Of a stretch of 64,000 nt of DNA, positions 9,251-18,570 are shown piece after piece. The notes below the pieces were generated by a model. It saw nothing but the letters and a program-made list of their open reading frames with translations. It had not been told where the DNA came from and searched no databases. The stretch's first letter is position 1. Each line of letters begins with the position of its first letter. Location: the NCBI GenBank assembly GCA_965601925.1, contig OZ271854.1, positions 512,001 to 576,000 on the forward strand. The letters are read 5' to 3'. The stretch is from Alkalispirochaeta sp. (GTDB lineage Bacteria; Spirochaetota; Spirochaetia; DSM-27196; Alkalispirochaetaceae). A program made the translations under genes and the position numbers.

Positions 9251-10798
9251 ATGCATCAACCAAAGCGAATCATCTGGGCCGGCGCCCTGCTGCTGGCCCT
9301 CACCCTCGTATCGGCCGGGTGCCCCAACCCGGCGGGTGGTGGTAACGACGGCGATCCCGACGGAGGAGACGATCCACCGCCGGATACCACCCCACCCGGG
9401 CCCGTGAGCGGCCTCGGCGCCAGCGTCCTCAGCGCCACCCAAATCGAGCTTGCGTGGACCGACCCGGCGGACGCGGACCTAGCGGCGATCGTGGTGCGTT
9501 GGTCGCCGGGGCGCGACTCCGACACTCCGCTGCGGATCGACCCGGGAAGCGGTACCACCGTTGTCGCCGGGCTGCTCCCCGAGACCGCCTACACCCTCGC
9601 CGTTGTTGCGCTAGACGAATCGGGTAACGCCTCCGGCCCGACGGAGGCGACCGGTACGACCCTCGTGGTCACCTTCTCCGCGGGCACCGAGATCACCAAC
9701 GCAGCCGACGGCGCCCGGTCGGTCTACGCCGCAGACCTCGACGGCGACGGTGACATCGACGTCCTGTCGGCTTCGGCCGGCTCTACCGACGACCGCGTCA
9801 CTTGGTACGAGAATACCGACGGGAACGGCGCCTTCTCCACCGGCACCGACATCACCACCTCGGAGATCGGCGGTCCGACTGCGGTCTTTACCGCCGACTT
9901 GGACGGCGATGGCGATGCGGATGTGCTCTCGGCGTCCCAAGATAACGCTCGTATCGCGTGGTTTGAAAACAATGGGTCCGGCCTCTTCTCGGCCGCTCAG
10001 GACGTCGCGGCTCCGGGGGGTAGCGAGGACGCAGCGCGAAGCGTATTTGCCGTCGACCTGGACGGCGACGGGGATCTTGACGTCCTGGCGGCCATAGGGG
10101 GCGACCCGACTAGTCGCGTCACGTGGTACGAAAATACTGGCGGCACCTTCTCGGCGGGCGTCGACATCACCACAGCGGTCGACGGTCCCCGGTCGGTCTA
10201 CGCCGCAGACCTCGACGGCGACGGCGACCCGGACGTGCTCTCGGCTTCCGGGTTCGACGATCGCATTGCGTGGTACCAGAACACCGGCGGCACCTTCGCG
10301 ACCGGGACGGACATCGCGAGCCCGGCAAAGGGCAACGGCGCCGATTCCGCCTCTGCGGTCTACGCCATCGACCTCGACGGAGACGGGGACATCGATGTGC
10401 TCTCGGCTTCCGGATTCGACGATCGCATCGTCTGGTACGAGAACACCGACGGGAATGGAACCTTCTCCACAGGTACGGAGATCGCAAGCCCACCCAACGG
10501 TAACCCTGCCGATGGCGCCGAGGCGGTCTACGCCATCGACTTGGACGGAGACGGCGACGCCGATGTGCTCTCAGCCTCCTCAGGTGACGATCGCATCGTG
10601 TGGTATGAGAACAACGGTTCCGGCATCTTCTCCGCCGGAATCGACATCGCAGGCACGGCACTGGGCAACCCCGCCGACGCGGCCAACTCAGTCTACGCCG
10701 TAGACATAGACGGTGACGGCGATGCCGACGTGCTGTCGTCTTCCCAAAACGACGGTCGCATCGTGTGGTACGAGAACCGGGCGGTGGTGGCGCAGTAG
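9251..10798 (+). CDS. Surface lipoprotein: FN3 domain + 7 FG-GAP/VCBS repeats (beta-propeller)
   Basis: RBS AAGGAG; lipobox SAGC; FN3 (LAWTDP...GLLPETAYTLAVVALD); seven D(L/I)DGDGDxDVL..W(Y/F)(E/Q)N repeats. Confidence 0.85.
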   Translation: MHQPKRIIWAGALLLALTLVSAGCPNPAGGGNDGDPDGGDDPPPDTTPPGPVSGLGASVLSATQIELAWTDPADADLAAIVVRWSPGRDSDTPLRIDPGSGTTVVAGLLPETAYTLAVVALDESGNASGPTEATGTTLVVTFSAGTEITNAADGARSVYAADLDGDGDIDVLSASAGSTDDRVTWYENTDGNGAFSTGTDITTSEIGGPTAVFTADLDGDGDADVLSASQDNARIAWFENNGSGLFSAAQDVAAPGGSEDAARSVFAVDLDGDGDLDVLAAIGGDPTSRVTWYENTGGTFSAGVDITTAVDGPRSVYAADLDGDGDPDVLSASGFDDRIAWYQNTGGTFATGTDIASPAKGNGADSASAVYAIDLDGDGDIDVLSASGFDDRIVWYENTDGNGTFSTGTEIASPPNGNPADGAEAVYAIDLDGDGDADVLSASSGDDRIVWYENNGSGIFSAGIDIAGTALGNPADAANSVYAVDIDGDGDADVLSSSQNDGRIVWYENRAVVAQ

Positions 10799-10913
10799 GC
10801 GGAATCCCTGAGTGGGTGATCCGCGCCTTTTTCCCGTGGGCACCTATCCGGAACCGTAACGTCGAGATCGGCATAGATCAGTACGAACAGATAAGAGCAC
10901 CGAGGAGCGCGGG

Positions 10914-12368
10914 ATGAAGAAGCACGAAACGAAGAGTAAAACGAACCGCCGCGGCCAACGGAAGCCCGCGAGCCTTGTCGCCCTCGCCGCGCTCATCGTG
11001 GCCCTGACGGTGGTCTTGGCCGGCTGCCCGAACCCCGCCGGCGGCGGGAGCAACAACGGAGGCGGGGGCGGGGGCAACGACGGACCCGGCGACGGAGGTG
11101 GCCCCGGCGGCGGGGACCCCGGAGGCGATCCGGGCGGTGGAGACGGTGGCGGAACCGCTCCCGTCTGGCGCGAGATCGACACACTTTTCGCCGACGCCCC
11201 CGGCTCCTTTGACGCAATGGGAACCGCCGTGGCGGTGAGCGGCGACACGGCGATCGTAGGCGCCCCCAACCGAGACGGTCCGGCTCGCGATACGGGAGCG
11301 GCATACATCCTTGTGCGCACAACCGACGGGCAGTGGAATCTCCAACAGATGATCACCCCCGCTACCGACGCCGCGCTCGACGACTTCTTCGGAACCAGCG
11401 TCGCCATAGATGGCGACACGGCGGTGGTCGGCGCACCGGGGAAGGACGATGGGGCCTCTCTCAACGCCGGCGCAGCCTACGTCTTTGTGCGCGGCGCGGG
11501 CGGGCAGTGGACCGAGCAAGAGAAGCTGACCGCAGGCATGTCTGCCCAAGCCGGGGCGGAGTTTGGCTCCGCTGTGGCGGTACACGGCACCGCGGCGATA
11601 GTGGGCGCGCATAGAGAAGACCTTGGCGCGTTCACAGACGCCGGGGCGGCCTACGTCTTCGAACGCGACGGCACCGGCCAATGGGGCGATCCGCAGCGGT
11701 TGATCGGCGATACAAACCTTTCAAACGGCGGCGACCGGTTTGGAGTCAGCGTATCGATCACCGCCGGCACCGCCATCATCGGTGCCCCGGGGGTTGATGA
11801 ACCGGGCCCGAGCGGCGCCGCAAACGTCGGCGCAATGTACCTTTCTATCCGCGGGGCAACCGATTGGTCCCCAACTGTCAAATACACCGCGTCCGACGGC
11901 ACGGCTGGCGACCGGTTCGGCAGCAGCGTCGCGATCAGCGGCCAGACGGCGATCGTCGGCGCAGTGGCCGGCGACGCCAGCTTCGACGTTGCCGACAGCG
12001 GGGCGGCGTACGTTTTCGGATTCAACCCCGACACGGGAACCTACGTTGAAGAAGAGAAACTCATCGCCTCGGACGCCGCATTTCTAGACGCCTTTGGCGC
12101 CGGCGTCGCCATCAGCGGCAACACCGCGATCGTCGGCGCTCCTGATAACGACCTGAACTCATCCGACGAGGGCGCGGCATACATCTTTACCTCCGACGGC
12201 GCCGGGGGTTGGAGCGAGACCGCCAGCCTTCTAGCGTCGGGCGGCGCGGGCGAAGACCAGTTGGGAACGAGCGTCGCCATAAGCGGTATCACCGCCGTCA
12301 TCGGAGCGCCGGGCCTTGACCAGGGTGCAAACAACGCCGGAGGGGCGTACCTCTTTCGGTTTGAGTAA
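10914..12368 (+). CDS. Surface lipoprotein with 7 FG-GAP (integrin-alpha-like) repeats
   Basis: RBS GAGGAG; lipobox LAGC; seven FGxSVAISGxTAIVGAP..GAAYVF-type repeats. Confidence 0.85.
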   Translation: MKKHETKSKTNRRGQRKPASLVALAALIVALTVVLAGCPNPAGGGSNNGGGGGGNDGPGDGGGPGGGDPGGDPGGGDGGGTAPVWREIDTLFADAPGSFDAMGTAVAVSGDTAIVGAPNRDGPARDTGAAYILVRTTDGQWNLQQMITPATDAALDDFFGTSVAIDGDTAVVGAPGKDDGASLNAGAAYVFVRGAGGQWTEQEKLTAGMSAQAGAEFGSAVAVHGTAAIVGAHREDLGAFTDAGAAYVFERDGTGQWGDPQRLIGDTNLSNGGDRFGVSVSITAGTAIIGAPGVDEPGPSGAANVGAMYLSIRGATDWSPTVKYTASDGTAGDRFGSSVAISGQTAIVGAVAGDASFDVADSGAAYVFGFNPDTGTYVEEEKLIASDAAFLDAFGAGVAISGNTAIVGAPDNDLNSSDEGAAYIFTSDGAGGWSETASLLASGGAGEDQLGTSVAISGITAVIGAPGLDQGANNAGGAYLFRFE

Positions 12369-12712
12369 CTCCGACTCGCACGCGGGCTCATAAAGCAAAA
12401 GAAAGTCGCGGTTTCGCGGAGGGCCGCCACGACACCGGCGCCTATGAGCGGCAGTAGGGCACGCTTGCCTCCGGTGTCCCTTCGACCATTCCGCGCCGAG
12501 CAGGCGTAGCCTAAAGCTCCCGGCGGAGGCGGCCGGACCCCGGCGGTAGCGGCGATGACGCAGCAACGGTGAATCGCGGAAGCGGAACACGATTGACGCA
12601 GAGTACCGCAAGGAATACCATCTAAGGCTCTGATGCCGAGTGCTTGCCGACGGCTCTTACGGCGTCCGCCGATCTTATCGAGAACAAGAACGGGCACGAT
12701 GTGTTCGTCACG

Positions 12713-13366
12713 CTATCTCGTCAGTCGATATCCCGCGGTCAGCGTGAACAGCGGTACGACACCGGAGGCGCCGCCGGTCTCGCCGAACGCAAGCAACACC
12801 GGAACCTCGAAGCGTACGTCGAATCCGTTCGCAAAGGCATACCCGGCCCCCACATTGAATAGCGCACCGCCTACACCGCCCTCAAACGTGTCGCGGCTTC
12901 CGCCGTCCGGGAGCAGTTCGCCCAACGAGGTGTCCGTGTCACTGGTTTCCTCCCAGTATACTCCGATGTAAGCCAGACCGAAGCCGCCGACGAGATACCA
13001 CGCGGACGCTTCGGCCTCGTATCCGTAGAGATAGTTGACGAGGACGGCGACCGCGGTGACTTCCGTCGTCTCCTCGTACTCGTTGAATCCGTTGTCGGTA
13101 GTCTCTTCGAAACGCCCATAGTAGGCCACCAGCCCGGCCTCCGCGTCGTCACGAATCAAGTGGTTGATCCCACCTCCGAACGCGACACCGGCAAACGTGA
13201 TATCGGCCCCGATTCCCGCCCGCAGGCCGAGACCGTCGCCCACCTCACGCTGGCCACCCGACTCCGACGATTGCAGGCGCCGTAGGTCGTCACGATATGG
13301 CGATTTCGCAGCGATCGTTACGATAAGACCGCACATCAGCGCAACCAGTATTACACCGTGTTTCAT
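12713..13366 (-). CDS. Outer-membrane beta-barrel protein
   Basis: Signal peptide; alternating amphipathic strands rich in G/Y/F (WYLVGGFGLAY, FNVGAGYAF, FDVRFEV, FTLTAGYR). Confidence 0.7.
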   Translation of the reverse strand: MKHGVILVALMCGLIVTIAAKSPYRDDLRRLQSSESGGQREVGDGLGLRAGIGADITFAGVAFGGGINHLIRDDAEAGLVAYYGRFEETTDNGFNEYEETTEVTAVAVLVNYLYGYEAEASAWYLVGGFGLAYIGVYWEETSDTDTSLGELLPDGGSRDTFEGGVGGALFNVGAGYAFANGFDVRFEVPVLLAFGETGGASGVVPLFTLTAGYRLTR

Positions 13367-13589
13367 AGTACCCCCAATTCACCACGTACGAGCTGTGGGT
13401 ACCCATATGTTACCACGTGACGACACACTCACGAGATCTCTCATACATCCGGCGCCGAGGGTCCTGCTCGCACGCCGACGGCTCCATCGGCAGGGTGCGC
13501 TGGATGATCGAACGGCGCGCCGCGTCGTCCTGGACGACTCTCATATCGACCTCATTCGTCCCAAGGAGCGCCCCCTGGATATAGAAAAC

Positions 13590-13991
13590 GGCCGTATGAT
13601 CTTCTATCAAGATGATCGGCTCGACCTCGTCTCAGAGACGGCCCGCGAGCGGTCGGCGATCTCCTTGGGAGTCATGCGTAGTCTCGACCTGACGACGGGA
13701 GCGTTCGCCACCCGCTTTTCACACGATGGTCACAATATGCTCATCGTCGGACGCGATCCCGACGAAATGGCTGGCACGGCCGACGCGCTCCACCGGCAGC
13801 GAGGCGGTATGGTATCGATCGAGCACTCGCCCATCGCCGTGGGCCTCGATCTGTCGGTGATATCACTGTTGAACGGCGGGCCAGCCTTGGAGGTTGCCGA
13901 CGAGCTTGCTCATTTGAAGAATACTCATCGCCGTCTCGGCATGACCCACGATCGCCCCTTTCTCATCCTGTCGCTCCTATCCTATCGGTGA
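13590..13991 (+). pseudogene. ade: Degenerate C-terminal fragment of adenine deaminase
   Basis: GAFATRFSHDGHNMLIVG..DEM..A..L....GGMV..LDLSVISLL..PFLILSLLS resembles the adenine deaminase C-terminal domain; catalytic N-terminal domain absent; left boundary approximate. Confidence 0.6.
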
Positions 13992-14059
13992 GCCCGTTGT
14001 ACACGTTCTCCGATCTCGGCCTCCTCGATACCGCGGCGCGGGCCGTTCTCGCCCCCCTC

Positions 14060-14321
14060 GTCGAGGACGACGGTAGGTGATACGCGACCGCCGGCCGGCC
14101 AGAGGAGGACCGGGGCCTCGGCGTCGTGGCCCCACCGGCAGCCACCGGCGGGTCCCGAGGATCTCCACCTCTTCCAGGGCGGCGATACTCCCCGGCACCG
14201 CTTCTCCCTCTTCCGTGGTGATGGGGGGGTGTTGCGGCGCACGCCCCGGCCACTCGACGACCTCTCGGCCGGGCGCGACAGCACCCGGTATATCGGTCAC
14301 ATTGTTCCATACGTCCTCCAA
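14060..14321 (-). pseudogene. Frameshifted N-terminal fragment of an alpha/beta-hydrolase (proline iminopeptidase-like)
   Basis: RBS GGAGG then ATG 14321. PPITTEEGEAVPGSIAALEEVEILGTRRW continues in another frame as GHDAEAPVLLWPAGG (cf. RGxDxxxPVLLFLxGGPG). Confidence 0.6.
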
Positions 14322-14443
14322 TCGGATAGAGTCGATCCATGGATACTCCGCAGCGCGTCATCGAGAAATCGGACGTATGTATGATTCGAGCAGTATGTCA
14401 AGTATCGTCGGTCCGTCAGAACCGCTCATACGGATACATGAGG

Positions 14444-15364
14444 CTACCCCCCGGAAAGAATGCGGAGCAGTTCGACACGAGTGGCCGCGCCGGTCTTCTT
14501 GAAGACGTTGTAGACGTGGGTGCGAACCGTCGTAAAGGAGACGCGTAGCCTCTCGGCAATCTCCCTATTGGATAGTCCTCGACTTAGGTGGGTAATGACC
14601 TCCGCCTCCCGGGGGCTGATACCGTACCGTTTGAGGGCCTCTTCCGGGACTCCCCCGTCGGCAAAGATGTCAACGGGGTGGGTTAAGTACCTGATAAAAC
14701 CGGTAATCGCTACGACGTTCCAAGCGAGATAGAGAATGAAGTTCAAGGCGACCGTCGGCGTCAGGTCGATTCGAAGAGCCTCGACAACGGCGGTCGCGGC
14801 TATCGAGAGGACCGAAAAACCGATTAGCATCAACCCCAGACCGCGAATCAGGAAGCGAACCGTCGGATGCGCCACTCCCCCGACCGCCCCCTGCAACCGC
14901 CGGCCGCAGTACGCCAGATAGAGAGATGCGACGGTAACGGAGACGATCAAGGCGATGGCGGCGCGGTCCGATACCCAGGCGACCGCTCTTTCGTCTACGG
15001 TCGGCATAACTCCAAATAAAAGATAGCTCGCCGCGACGGCAAGTATCAGAAGCGATAGGAGCCACCGTGGGCTTTGAGGAGAGACCCAACGTACGATAAG
15101 CGCAATACCGCCGTAGATAGCCAAGACGATTGCGAGGTTTATGAGATGGACAAGCCCTCCGAAGGAAAGGGTATACACGACGATCGATCGGAGGTAGAAA
15201 AGCGCGAGGAAAAAGAGCAGCCCGAGGGCAAAGGCGCCTATGACGAACATCACGACCAAGAGCAACCGTTCCCGAATACGGTACCAAAGAATCCCGGTAA
15301 CGGTCACACCGGCAAAGCCGGTAGCCAACATCACGATGTAGAGAAAGAGCTGCAGATGCTCCAT
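14444..15364 (-). CDS. Membrane-embedded LuxR-family regulator (about 7 TM + HTH)
   Basis: Hydrophobic N-terminal ~225 aa; YGISPREAEVITHLSRGLSNREIAERLRVSFTTVRTHVYNVFKK; RBS GGAGGAGG. Confidence 0.88.
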   Translation of the reverse strand: MEHLQLFLYIVMLATGFAGVTVTGILWYRIRERLLLVVMFVIGAFALGLLFFLALFYLRSIVVYTLSFGGLVHLINLAIVLAIYGGIALIVRWVSPQSPRWLLSLLILAVAASYLLFGVMPTVDERAVAWVSDRAAIALIVSVTVASLYLAYCGRRLQGAVGGVAHPTVRFLIRGLGLMLIGFSVLSIAATAVVEALRIDLTPTVALNFILYLAWNVVAITGFIRYLTHPVDIFADGGVPEEALKRYGISPREAEVITHLSRGLSNREIAERLRVSFTTVRTHVYNVFKKTGAATRVELLRILSGG

Positions 15365-15481
15365 GGTGCCTCCTCCCGTATTGTACTATTGTGTCAGGCA
15401 TCTTCAAAAAGTAATTTTTCTGAAAATGTAGGGACCTTTAGAAATCATAATTATATACCATGCATGCAATTATCATTTTGA

Positions 15482-15627
15482 CCCGGACGCATGGGCGAGC
15501 AGCAATCCGACAGGATTGCGACCAGCCCCGGACGCATGGGCGAGCAGCAATCCAACAGGATTGCGACCAGCCCCGGACGCATGGGCGAGCAGCAATCCGA
15601 TAGGATTGCGACCAGCCCCGGACGCAT
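15482..15627. repeat. 45-bp tandem repeat (3 full copies + partial), each with a GCAATCC-N4-GGATTGC hairpin
   Basis: Unit CCCGGACGCATGGGCGAGCAGCAATCC[GACA/AACA/GATA]GGATTGCGACCAGC at 15482, 15527 and 15572; partial copy at 15617. Confidence 0.95.
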
Positions 15628-15950
15628 CTGGATGTGTTCCTCAGGGCTTCGTCCTTCCGGTACACATCCGGGGGCAGAGGCTCGCGTTCCTCGCGCTTCG
15701 CCCTGCAGTACGCGAGCGGGACAGGCAACAACCGAAGGCTGTGACCAGCCTCGCTATTACGGCTCTTGCAAAATGCTATTTTGAAAGGGCCTCCATTTCA
15801 TTTCTTGAACTGTCAACGCTTCCGTCCCTCATATCTCTGTCCTAGGGCTCCCGCCCGCGAGGACGCCGGGGCAAATCATACGAATGTCGGATGGGAGATT
15901 ATCTCTCGCGAACCTACCCTATGCTCAAGACTTAACACGGAGGTGTTCAC

Positions 15951-16571
15951 ATGAAAGGAAACGCAGTAGCAATTGTCGTCGCGCTCCTCGGAGCCTTAGC
16001 GATTGTCGGAGTCGGAGCGCAGGAAGCACGGAACGTGGGCGAACGGATTCTCCCGGGCGGCCTCACGCTTAGCGGCGATCTTGGGGCAAGTACCCTCGAC
16101 GATGAGCCGGTCGGCCTTATCGGTCTCCGGGTCACGACCTCGGCCGGCCGGTGGCTGGACGTCGGACTCTCCTTTGGGGCGGTTCATACCCTCGAGCGCG
16201 ACTACGACGACCTCGCCGGGCGCGAGTATCAGGCGGAGTTCGGCTACGCCTCGATCGTCGTGCGCCCGCGCCTCTCCCTTGGGGAGGTCGTGGAGATCGG
16301 GCTGCCCGTGAGCAGCGGCGTCGGAATCCTCCAGTACCGTTTTGAGCGCCGCTACCGCGAAGAGCTTACGTGGACCGAAGAGTTTCTCGACCGGGAGCCC
16401 GTACACGTCTACACCGCCGGCATCGATATCCGAGTGGCTCTCTCGGAGCGCTTCGGCGCCCGCGTCGAGGGCGGGTACCGCGCGGCGACCGGCCTCGACT
16501 CGCCGCTGGCGGAGAGGGATACCGCCAACGGCCCTTACACCATAGCCGGTGTCGTCTTCCGTCCCTGGTAG
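15951..16571 (+). CDS. Outer-membrane beta-barrel protein
   Basis: RBS GGAGGT; signal peptide (VGA-QE); amphipathic strands; C-terminal aromatic ending GVVFRPW. Confidence 0.7.
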   Translation: MKGNAVAIVVALLGALAIVGVGAQEARNVGERILPGGLTLSGDLGASTLDDEPVGLIGLRVTTSAGRWLDVGLSFGAVHTLERDYDDLAGREYQAEFGYASIVVRPRLSLGEVVEIGLPVSSGVGILQYRFERRYREELTWTEEFLDREPVHVYTAGIDIRVALSERFGARVEGGYRAATGLDSPLAERDTANGPYTIAGVVFRPW

Positions 16572-16923
16572 TCTTCCGCGCCGACAGTGGCGTTCCGAGA
16601 ACGGAGCGCCACGGCGGGAGGCGCCGTCGTATCGGTTTGGGTATAGGGCGACGCGACTTCGGGCTCTGCCCGCTGAGCGGCGACACGCACCCACCCGATC
16701 CGACCTATGAACATACCGGCGGGGACGCACGGCACTCCGTTGGACTCCAGGCTCGGGTCCGGAGAGTAGACACGATCAAGCCCTTGGGTGGATACCGTCA
16801 CCGCGGCCCGCGTTGGAATCGCGACGCCACCGAAACGATGGAGTCGTACCGGAAACCAACCGATTCAAGACGACGCTGCCGTCGGCTAAGTGCTCTTCAT
16901 GCTTGGAAGGACGATATCAGGGG

Positions 16924-17367
16924 CTATGACGACTTCTCTCCGATCTCCCCGCGCTCTAGAAGGAGAGTGCGGACCCGGCGCAACCACCACGTCCACAAGA
17001 CGTTGAACGCCGCAAAGATGAACAGGAACCCCGCGAGCGCCCACGGTACGCCGTGCGCGCCCTCGACGATACTGATCAAAATCCCCGCTACCGCCCCCCA
17101 ACTCCAAATTATCTTGAGATTGAGAAGCGCCGGAAAGGCGGAGAGCGGCGCACTACGCGCCAGGAAGCTCTCGATCCCGATACCGAAGAGCGCCGCAGCG
17201 ACGAGCCTTGAGGCAACGGGATCGACCCTCGTCCAACCGAGGGCGGAGAGAAAGAACCTCGGTGCGACGAGGAGCGGAATTGCAAAGAGGACGTCGAGGA
17301 CAAAGTGAACGAAGAACCATCGCTTGAGGGCCGTCGGCACACTGGCTGATGTCGTGGCGTCGTCCAT
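16924..17367 (-). CDS. Hypothetical 4-TM membrane protein
   Basis: Four hydrophobic segments (WFFVHFVLDVLFAIPLL...). Confidence 0.7.
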   Translation of the reverse strand: MDDATTSASVPTALKRWFFVHFVLDVLFAIPLLVAPRFFLSALGWTRVDPVASRLVAAALFGIGIESFLARSAPLSAFPALLNLKIIWSWGAVAGILISIVEGAHGVPWALAGFLFIFAAFNVLWTWWLRRVRTLLLERGEIGEKSS

Positions 17368-17455
17368 GACTACAATCTACGGTGCGCAGGGTGATATGGG
17401 CAAACGAGGATTTGCGTGATGCACACCGTCGAGATATCGGCCGGCGTGCGTGCGC

Positions 17456-18334
17456 CTACTGCGCCGCCCGCGTAGCGGGATGGTCCGAGGTGCGCGCGAG
17501 AATAATTGCCGCACCGAGAATAAGCGCACCGCCTGCGACGACCGATACGCCGATCGGCTCACCGAGGAACAGGGCAGCCAGAACGACCGCCGTCACCGGC
17601 TCGAACGTCGACAACACCGAGGCGTTTGTCGGACCGATCGCCGCTAGACCGACGAGGAACAGCGTCACCGCGACGACGGTGGAGATGATCGCCACACCGA
17701 GTATACCGGTCCATCCGAAGAACGAGGTGGGTACGGTGAGGCCGTGCGCCGCCGCCAGAGCGCCGAAGACGACTCCGGCCGATGCCATGACGATCACGGA
17801 TCCGCTTAATGGAGAGGTGTTCTTCAGGGTCCTCGTTCCCACCATGATTTATCCGGAGTAGATTAGCGCGGAGGCCACGCCGAAGAGAATTCCGAGAGGA
17901 CGAGCGTCGAGCTGCGGTCCCACGGTCAGAACGGTTCCGATAAAGGCCGCCCCTACGGCGGCCGCACGCAGCAGCGTGAGACGCTCGCGGAACAAGACCA
18001 CCGAGAGTACGGCGACGATCGACGGGTACAGATAGAGCAAGATGACCGCAAGCCCGACGTTTGCCAACGTCATGGCACTAAAAAAAGAAAACGCCTGCCC
18101 CACGTACCCGACGCCGCCCATGAGTGACAGCCCTATGAGAGTACGCCCGCTCGGGAACCGATCCCCGCGCAGTGCTACGACCGCAGTCATGACGATCGCG
18201 GCGATCCCGAATCGGAAAAACAAAAGACTGACGGTAGATACCCCTTCATCGTACGCCAATCGCGCAAAGAGGGGCATCATGCCGAAGGCGACCGACGATA
18301 CGACCACCATGAGCACACCGAACCGTTTGGACAT
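17456..18334 (-). pseudogene. EamA/DMT transporter interrupted by one in-frame TAA
   Basis: Reading frame is continuous: ...ALIYSG-TAA(17849-17851)-IMVGTR...; DMT motifs LFFRF, YLYP, IGPTNASVLSTFEPV, LGE. Confidence 0.8.
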
Positions 18335-18513
18335 ACATTCTCCGTACGTGTACCGATTGTGAACGTGGCGTACCGCCGGGCGCCGACGGTACCGGGTTCC
18401 ACGGTAGCCGTACCTTATACGCACACACCGGAAGAGTACAATTGCAAACGCGCTATATCGAGCATTGGTACGGCGGACTTGCTCGAACGGCATCGTAGGC
18501 GCGACCGTTCGAC

Positions 18514-18545
18514 AAGAAAGGCGGCGAGTGCACGCCTCGCCGCCC
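18514..18545 (-). terminator. Intrinsic terminator after the CoA-transferase operon
   Basis: GGCGGCGAG-7nt-CTCGCCGCC followed by TTTCTT on the minus strand. Confidence 0.65.
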
Positions 18546-18570
18546 ATCCTCGGAGATACCGATCGGTCCG

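Noticed and set aside
9700..12360. DNA repeats as a possible diversity-generating or mobile system
   Set aside because: Explained by FG-GAP/VCBS protein repeats; no reverse transcriptase or recombinase nearby and no adenine-specific variation noticed.
12369..12712. Intergenic ORF fragments between the FG-GAP lipoprotein and the barrel gene
   Set aside because: No recognisable family; possibly decayed sequence, but unsupported.
15482..15627. Possible CRISPR array
   Set aside because: Units are contiguous and near-identical with no unique spacers, and there are no cas genes in the window.
15438..15845. Short ORFs across the tandem repeat (e.g. MGEQQSDRIATSPGR x3)
   Set aside because: A 45-bp unit keeps several frames open on both strands; no RBS or recognisable protein features.
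16572..16923. Possible remnant gene downstream of the second barrel
   Set aside because: Stop-interrupted frames with no identifiable homology.
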